In this document: positions 57,273 to 64,000 of the stretch, piece after piece | Layout of the letters: each line of letters opens with the position of its first letter | Numbering within the stretch: the first letter of the stretch is position 1 | Source of the DNA: Octopus vulgaris | Lineage: Eukaryota | DNA length: 64,000 bases | Reading direction: 5' to 3' | Assembly (NCBI GenBank): GCA_951406725.2 | Contig: OX597826.1 | Coordinates: forward strand, 35,898,001-35,962,000 | Notes under the pieces: model-generated | What the model was told of the DNA's origin: nothing | What the model saw: only the letters and a program-made list of their open reading frames with translations | Database searches by the model: none | Position numbers and translations under genes: made by a program

Positions 57273-58436
57273 TTGTTTAAATTTATATATAATGTAATCT
57301 TATGTCAAGTATTTTTCAGAAGATATTTTCAAGGCATTCTTTAATCACATCAGTCATTATTCCCTGTTTTCTTTTCTTTTCAGCAAACTTTATTTCCTCA
57401 CAACATATTTAACCTGCAACGTTTTTGAAATTTATCTCAATTCACACAACTTAGCCGTCCTCATCTCTCTCTCTCTCTCTCTCTATCAATCTAACCATCT
57501 AAAACCCTTTATCACTGACATTAATTGTAAGCATTAAAGACATTTGCAGCAACTAAGAACCTGTCTCATTCTACAGTTTATTGAACATAATTACATATTC
57601 AATCTTTTTACCAAAAATGAAGAATCAACAACAAAACTAAATAAATAAATAAAATTCCCAGCAAAACAACGGACTACATTTCTTGGAATCTTTTTCTCTT
57701 TTTTGTAAATAAATTTATCTTTCTTTTGTTTTCAATCTTTCTTTCTTTCTTTTTGTTCTAAATCAAACCATTTGAGTAGATTAGCTTTGGTACAATCTAT
57801 AATTAAAGATACAAAAAATACCGAATTAATTACGAAGTAGAGAAAGAATGTGTCAAAAATTAACATTAGTAAAAATTTAGAAATATTTCCATCTCAATTT
57901 ACAACAAAATGGAAGAATTTGATTGCCAAGACTGCAGTTAACATCCCAGACAATGGACATACGGATGAGGTTATTTTCTTTTTCAGTTTGGCTGAAATAA
58001 GCTTTGGTATCATCATCATCATCATCATCATCGTTTAGCGTCCGTTTTCCATGCTAGCATGGGTTGGACGGTTCTACTGGGGTCTGTGAAGCCAGAAGGC
58101 TTCATCAGGCCCAGTCAAATCTGGCAGTGTTTCTACGGCTGGATGCCCTTCCTAACGCCAACCACTCCGTGAGTGTAGTGGGTGCTTTTTACGTGCCACC
58201 CGCACTGGTGCCAGACAGAGCTGGCAAACGGCCACGAACGGATGGTGCTTTTTATGTGCCACCGGCACGAGGGCCAGGCGAGGCTGGCAACGGACACGAA
58301 ACGGGGCGCGGACTTTCTTTTATTTTTCTTGTCTCAAAGAAAGGACGGTACTCCTGGCCTCCACAGTGTCCCCCCCATTAAAATAGTATGTTGATGTTAA
58401 TTTTGTGCAGGTATATCTTCTCACCTGTCAGAAAAG
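57273..58436 (+). repeat. Left arm of large inverted duplication (interrupted by SINE-B)
   Basis: 57285-58013 is the near-identical reverse complement of 60567-61289; 58315-58436 matches 60420-60550 more loosely. Confidence 0.95.
58011..58312 (-). mobile_element. Young SINE family B inserted in the left arm only
   Basis: (cat)n cgtttagcgtccgttttccatgctagcatggg..., CpG-rich; absent from the right arm. Confidence 0.92.
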
Positions 58437-58763
58437 AGTAGGTTGAATAGACTAATGTTTTAAATAACAAGCAATGGATTTATACAACTTAAAATGCATT
58501 ATAAAATATATTTTACAAATTACTAACATAACTAGTTATGTTCCCTGACTGTTTAACAAATAAAGCTAAAAATCTGAATCCCTTTTATTCACAATTTGTA
58601 TTCTGTAACACTTTAATCACTTAAATGTTTCAGTATTTCTAATAATACCATTGAATTCAATAGCGTAAAGGTTTGGTTCAGTGGCTGAGGGATCAGGGGT
58701 TCTAAATACAATACAGGTGTGTTATTGTGTGTTATGTTTGCAGGTGGAGCATACTAAGCTCTG

Positions 58764-59008
58764 GACCATTTTTTACCTATGAACCCCTTTGATTCCTATT
58801 TTGCTCTTCAGCCTCACCCTCATAGTCATTTGATGTTGAAAAAATCCTACTATGTCTCTATAATTAAATATTATGAGGAACTGTATAAAAAAGCTTTTAA
58901 ATATTTTGTGTATTGTAGAAATATAAACAGTTTATTGTTCATAAACATTTACAATAAAATCATACACAGACCCCCAAAGGTCACGTGGACCCTAGTTGGG
59001 AACCACAG
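58764..59008. mobile_element. Degenerate hAT-like MITE
   Basis: Right end gtggaccctagttgggaaccacag resembles hAT TIR/subterminal motifs. Confidence 0.45.
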
Positions 59009-59920
59009 GTCAACACTGATAATTGATAACTAACATAACATCATGAAGAACATTAATAGTCTTAAATTGCTAACATAGCCAGGAGATGGATGATTTCTCA
59101 TCCATTTTCTAGTTGGAGTAATGGTCTTTGCCAACCTTTTAATAAACAAAGAGATATTAAAACAAGTACATTAACTCTGCAGTCAGGGGCCACATTATCA
59201 AAGTGACCCTTGCTGTCTCCATAAAGTTAAATACCAATAATACACTGGTGTAACAGCAGTAGAATGGTAGAGTCATCAAACAGCCAGATAACAATTACCT
59301 TGTGTATTTAGTGCAGCATATTGCAATTAGGTTTCAAATTATACTGAGCTCAACATTTCATTTCACTCCAACTGGATGGATAACTAAGATGGAAGTCAAG
59401 GACTATGGTCGATTTTTCTTTCTTTCCCTGTGCCTGTCTGTCTTTTTCTCCATCTCTCTCTCTCTCTCTACCCTCTCCACCTTTCTTTCCCACTCTCTCA
59501 GCATCAGCCAAGCAGCTCTGTAAGTGGTCATAGGAGATCACAAACTGTCTGCAATGTCAAAACCGATAATAGACCATGCTGATAAAATAAAAAAAAATAT
59601 CTGCAGAGAGCTCAGGGAAGATACACCCCTTCACACTTGTGTTAGAGCCCCCCTAATAGGAGACCCCTCCTCCATATGCTCGAGAAAGCATGTCCCTACA
59701 TTTAGACAAGTCCTTCAACCACCCGTCACACTCATAGAGAAAGCTCCACCTCTCCCATGCTTACTTGTAGAAGAGCCCTCAAATACACTTGGGGAAGATC
59801 TTTCTCTCCATACACATTTAGATGAAAAACCTCACTTATTTAACAGAACAGAACTACATACATACCAAAAGTTGGTGGTTGTTGAAGATGATGTGACTTG
59901 CACTGTCTTAATTAACTTAC

Positions 59921-60060
59921 CTGTTCTTCAAACTCGGTGGCATTGAATCATTGAGAGAATTCTTTATCACAATTAATAATTACAATTCTCTGAAATTATT
60001 TTATCTTCTGGCAATGCTCTACATTGATTTGAACCAAAATGGTTTTAATTAAATGAAGAA
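59921..60060 (-). other. Candidate 140-nt non-coding (lncRNA or 5'UTR) exon
   Basis: Acceptor ttaattattgcatttttttCAG| at 60060; donor GAACAG|GTAAGT at 59921; stops in all three frames. Confidence 0.45.
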
Positions 60061-60419
60061 CTGAAAAAAATGCAATAATTAACGTCTGAACAAAAACATC
60101 ATTTTGTTTTTAAGAAACATTTAAGTCATCCATTATTTAAGTTGTAGTAAGCCAGTGAGCTATAAAAGAAAAAAAGCGCAAGCTAATATACGAACTTCCT
60201 CTCCTGGATATGAAAGACCTACTTTCTGTGACTCAGTGGGGGACATATGGCTGAATAGGGAAAAAGTTTACCTCACAAACACAAGGTCCTGAGTTCAATT
60301 CTACTGTGTGGTATTTTGAAAAAAATGTTATTTTCTGTAGCCTTAGATTTTGTAAGTGAAATTGCATAGAGGGAAACTGGTAAATTTGTAAACTTCACTG
60401 GTTGTTATTTTAAATGTCA

Positions 60420-61301
60420 CTTTTCTGAGTGGTAGAAGGTACACCTGTATAAGATGAACATCAACAATATCAAATTTACAAGACTTAATGGAGGACACTG
60501 TGAAGGCCAAGAGTACAGTCCTTTCTTTGAGACAAGAACAATAAAAGAAAATAAGAAAAAATAAACATGATACCAAAGCTTATTTCAGCCAAACTGAAAA
60601 AGAAAATAACCTCATCCATATGTCCATTGTCTGGGATGTTAACTGCAGTCTTGGCAATCAAATTCTTCCATTTTGTTGTAATTTGAGATGGAAATATTTC
60701 TAAATTTGTACTAATGTTAATTTTTGACACATTCCTTCTCTACTTCGTAATTAATTCAGTATTGTTTGTATCTTTAATTATAGATTGTATCAAAGCTAAT
60801 CTACTCAAATGTTTTGATTTAGAACAAAAACAAAAAGAAAGAACGAAAACAAAAGAAAGATAAATTTATTTACAAAAAAGAGAAAAAGATTCCAAGAAAT
60901 GTAGTCCGTTGTTTTGCTAGGAATTTTATTTATTTATTTAGTTTTGTTGTTGATGCTTCATTTTTGGTAAAAAGATTGAATATGTAATTATGTTCAATAA
61001 ACTGTAGAATGAGACAGGTTCTTAGTTGCTGCAGATGTCTTTAATGCTTACAATTAATGTCAGTGATAAAGGGGTTTAGATGGTTAGATTGATAGAGAGA
61101 GAGAGAGAGATGAGGACGGCTAAGTTGTGTGAATTGAGATAAATTTCAAAAACGTTGCAGGTTAAATATATTGTGAGGAAATAAAGTTTGCTGAAAAGAA
61201 AAGAAAACAGGGAATAATGACTGATATGATTAAAGAATGCCTTGAAAATATCTTCTGAAAAATACTTGACATAAGATTACATTATATATGAATCTAAATA
61301 A
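60420..61301 (-). repeat. Right arm of large inverted duplication
   Basis: Reverse complement of the left arm; gives the near-identical ORF pair MSKINISxNLEIFPSQxTTKWKNLIAKTAVNIPDNGH. Confidence 0.95.
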
Positions 61302-61393
61302 TATATAATGATAAGAAGGTAACCAGTATAAAAGTATAAGAACACAGCTAAAAGGTTGGAAAGTGAAATACCCATATGCCTTTTGTGACTATA

Positions 61394-61603
61394 TGGGAGG
61401 ATGCTGAAAATTCCAAGCTTTGGGTGAAAGAAAATACAAGAGGATCAGTTAATTATGATTTTTTTTAGCATATTCCCATTTCAGATTCATACACTTATTG
61501 TAGTGGTCCTTCAGTTTTTCTAAGCCCTGTAACATAACTCGGGAGGTCAAGCCTCTAACCAGGCCTGTTGCAATACCAGGAACTTTTCAGCACCCCCCCT
61601 TCA
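61394..61603. mobile_element. mariner-like MITE, ~210 bp
   Basis: TIRs tgggaggatgctgaaaattcc / ggaacttttcagcacccccccttca, flanked by TA. Confidence 0.75.
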
Positions 61604-61948
61604 TAATGTAATCTTGTCCCGAATACTGGATTTTCTTTAACTTGAGGCAAAATAAATTGCTTTGATGAATTCTTTCATTAACAGCACAGATTTACCCCAG
61701 TATTTCCTTGGTTGTAGGTATTACCTTATAACTCATATATGTTGTTGCGGAATCTAATAGAATACTGTACATTGAGGAGAAGATAATGGTGGGGGTCACA
61801 GATATAGCATAGATGCTTGTTGAAGGCCAGATCAGCAGTCGATTGACAGGTAAAGGAACAATGCCAAGAAGATGTAAAACCTAATGCTATTTAGTGAAGT
61901 TTGAAACTGAAGACAGGAAAATTCAGAAGTCAGAGTCTTCAGAAGATA

Positions 61949-62399
61949 CTCTAAAAACCCATGTAATTTGCACACATTGTAATTTATGCAGGTAATTTTC
62001 TGAATAAAATTTGTTAAAAAAAGCTTCTACTCAAGTAAAATTCTCACCCAAAAGTTTTCAGAATTGCCGATATAGCCAGGGAGGGAAAGATTTTCAATTT
62101 AGTTGTATTTAGCATAATTTCATTTATGATTAGATTTAATTAAACTTTCAATAAATAAAAATAATTTCTATTTAACAGGTATCACATTGAAAGCTATTAA
62201 ATTACAAAATGTTTATGTTGTTTATAATAAACTTTATTTTACATTTCTTGCCCACAAGAGATTATGTCTGATCTTTAGCATATTGCTGTATGTCTTCTCA
62301 AATCACGATCACAGGACAAGTTGATAAGAATTACCAGCAAAAACAAATCTGATAAATACACACAGGTGTTGCAAATTAAGTTTAATTACTAATAAACAT
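61949..62399. mobile_element. Truncated second copy of the 45146-45892 pogo/Tigger-like MITE (same orientation)
   Basis: Colinear match over ~450 bp (e.g. tttacatttcttgcccacaagagattatgtctgatctttagcata). Confidence 0.85.
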
Positions 62400-62989
62400 C
62401 AGCTTGGATGACACTTTACTCTACTAAAAAAGGAAGGTGACCAATCAGATTGATTATGTAAACAGAATTCTTTTCCACCTATTCTTGTGGGAACCTTCGA
62501 TATGGAGTACCAAACTTTTAATCCCTTTCACACTTATAAAATGTTAAGCAAACTAAAAAAATTGTCATTACCATTATTGTCAGTATAGGCAGAACTTATG
62601 AATCGTTTACTGCAAAGGAGAAATTGAATATGTCAAACATGCATTTGAACGTGACAATAGAGCTGTCAGAATGCATTATAATGTTAATGGAGCCAATGTT
62701 CGAAATCGGCGTAAACAGTATAACAAACTTAAAACTGTGCCTAGTAATAAACAGATAGAAATAAAAACATACATAAATAATGTTATAAGTTCAACCTCGG
62801 TGGAATTTCAACTCAGAAGAGTGTAGCAGCAGATGAAATACTGCTTAGCATTTTGCCCAGTGTGCTAAGGATTCCACCAGCTTGCTGCCTTAATAATAAT
62901 AATGATGATGATGATGATGATGATGGTGATGGTGATGATGATGATGATGACGATGATGATGAGAAGGAGGAAGAGGAGGAGAAGAAGAA

Positions 62990-63237
62990 GGAAAAAGAAG
63001 AAAGTAAATGATACTGGATCATAGATATAGCATGCCCAGCTGACAACAAGGTATACAATAGGGAAGAAAGAAAAGTTGAGAAATATGACAGGTTAGCTTG
63101 AGAAGTTAAGCAATTGTGGTCAATGAAAAAGGGGGTAGTAGTATCAATAATTGTTGGAGCGCTGGGAACAGAGAGCAAAAATCTTGAGAAGTACATGGAG
63201 CAAATAGAGGCTGCAATAAGAGTGGAACACTTGCAGT
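62990..63237 (+). mobile_element. R4/Dong-type non-LTR retrotransposon fragment (restriction-like endonuclease domain), pseudogenised
   Basis: Translation YWIIDIACPADNKVYNREERKVEKYDRLA*EVKQLWSMKKGVVVSIIVGALGTESKNLEKY matches the REL IIDIACP...KxxKY...IIVGALG pattern. Confidence 0.8.
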
Positions 63238-63323
63238 GGAATTTGAACTCTGAATTTAGTGACAGGCAAAACACCGCTAAGCGTTTCGTCCAGCATGCTA
63301 ACGATTCTGCCACCTCGCCACCT

Positions 63324-63365
<42 letters not shown>

Positions 63366-64000
63366 CGATGATAATATTATTATTATCATATTGTTAGAAT
63401 GGTTTTCCATGATATTTTTACTGCATCACCAATGAGTAAAGTTTTCTGTTTTCTTGTGATGAGGTGATGATATCACATGGAATGATATGATTATATCACA
63501 TAGAAATTTCACAAAGAGTTACTGATGCTAATCAATGCAAAACTAGTTGGTTAGTTTATTTTTTGCTTTGTTTTTACTTCTTATGAAGAACTGTGTAATA
63601 CATAGTTATGTTTAAATACCAAAACTATAAAAGATATGTATTTGTTCTTTTTCCTTTTTTTTTCCTTTTTGCATAAATTTTATCACATATTCCCCATTGC
63701 TTTTGTCACATATAAAGATGGAAGTGATTTAGTGTTTAGAAAATGTAGCAAATATTTTTAAAGCGATTATCCTGACTTTATCTGTTGTTCCTAATCTTTG
63801 AGATAAAGTATATGAAGGAATGGTACGGAAATGGAGGAAACGTTCTAGAATAAATCAACAACAGTGAAATATTCTTGTAAGGAGGTAAAATCATAAAAGT
63901 AGACATGAAATATTCAGAGTGTGAATGTGTGAATGATGGGAAAAAAAAGGCTTGCAGCTGAGACCTCCTCCATTTTAATACTTGCAGATGCATTGTGGGT

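Noticed and set aside
59524-59946. 140-aa non-repetitive ORF in the inverted-repeat loop
   Set aside because: GTG start, no recognisable domain; probably an old repeat remnant or chance ORF
61371-61397. 13-nt similarity to miR-153 on the minus strand (atagtcacaaaag)
   Set aside because: Seed end mismatched, no pre-miRNA-length hairpin, overlaps a MITE terminus

Overview
AT-rich, microsatellite-saturated eukaryotic DNA with no supportable intact protein-coding gene. Nearly all track ORFs are translations of (TA)n, (CA)n, (CCTA)n, (GATA)n, (GAT)n or (GGT)n tracts, or of SINEs. The recurring tRNA-headed SINE families and dense (TA)n tracts resemble an Octopus (coleoid cephalopod) genome, most likely a giant intron or intergenic interval; this is an inference from repeat recognition, not a search. 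Recognisable content: many SINE copies of at least four families; decayed LINE fragments (CR1/L2-type RT, RTE-type 3' ends, an R4/Dong-type restriction-like endonuclease); a Tc1 transposase C-terminal fragment with one TIR; hAT, mariner and pogo/Tigger-like MITEs; and minisatellites. Most notable observations: (1) a ~0.9 kb non-TE inverted duplication (57273-58436 / 60420-61301) whose ~2 kb loop holds a well-bounded non-coding exon candidate; (2) minimal hammerhead-ribozyme motifs and fold-back hairpins in small TA-embedded elements that look like Penelope-derived retrozymes; (3) a consensus recursive-splice (AG|GTAAGT) site; (4) several closely spaced inverted SINE pairs; (5) unusual insertion footprints. 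Repeat boundaries were read by eye and are approximate to tens of bases unless termini are quoted.
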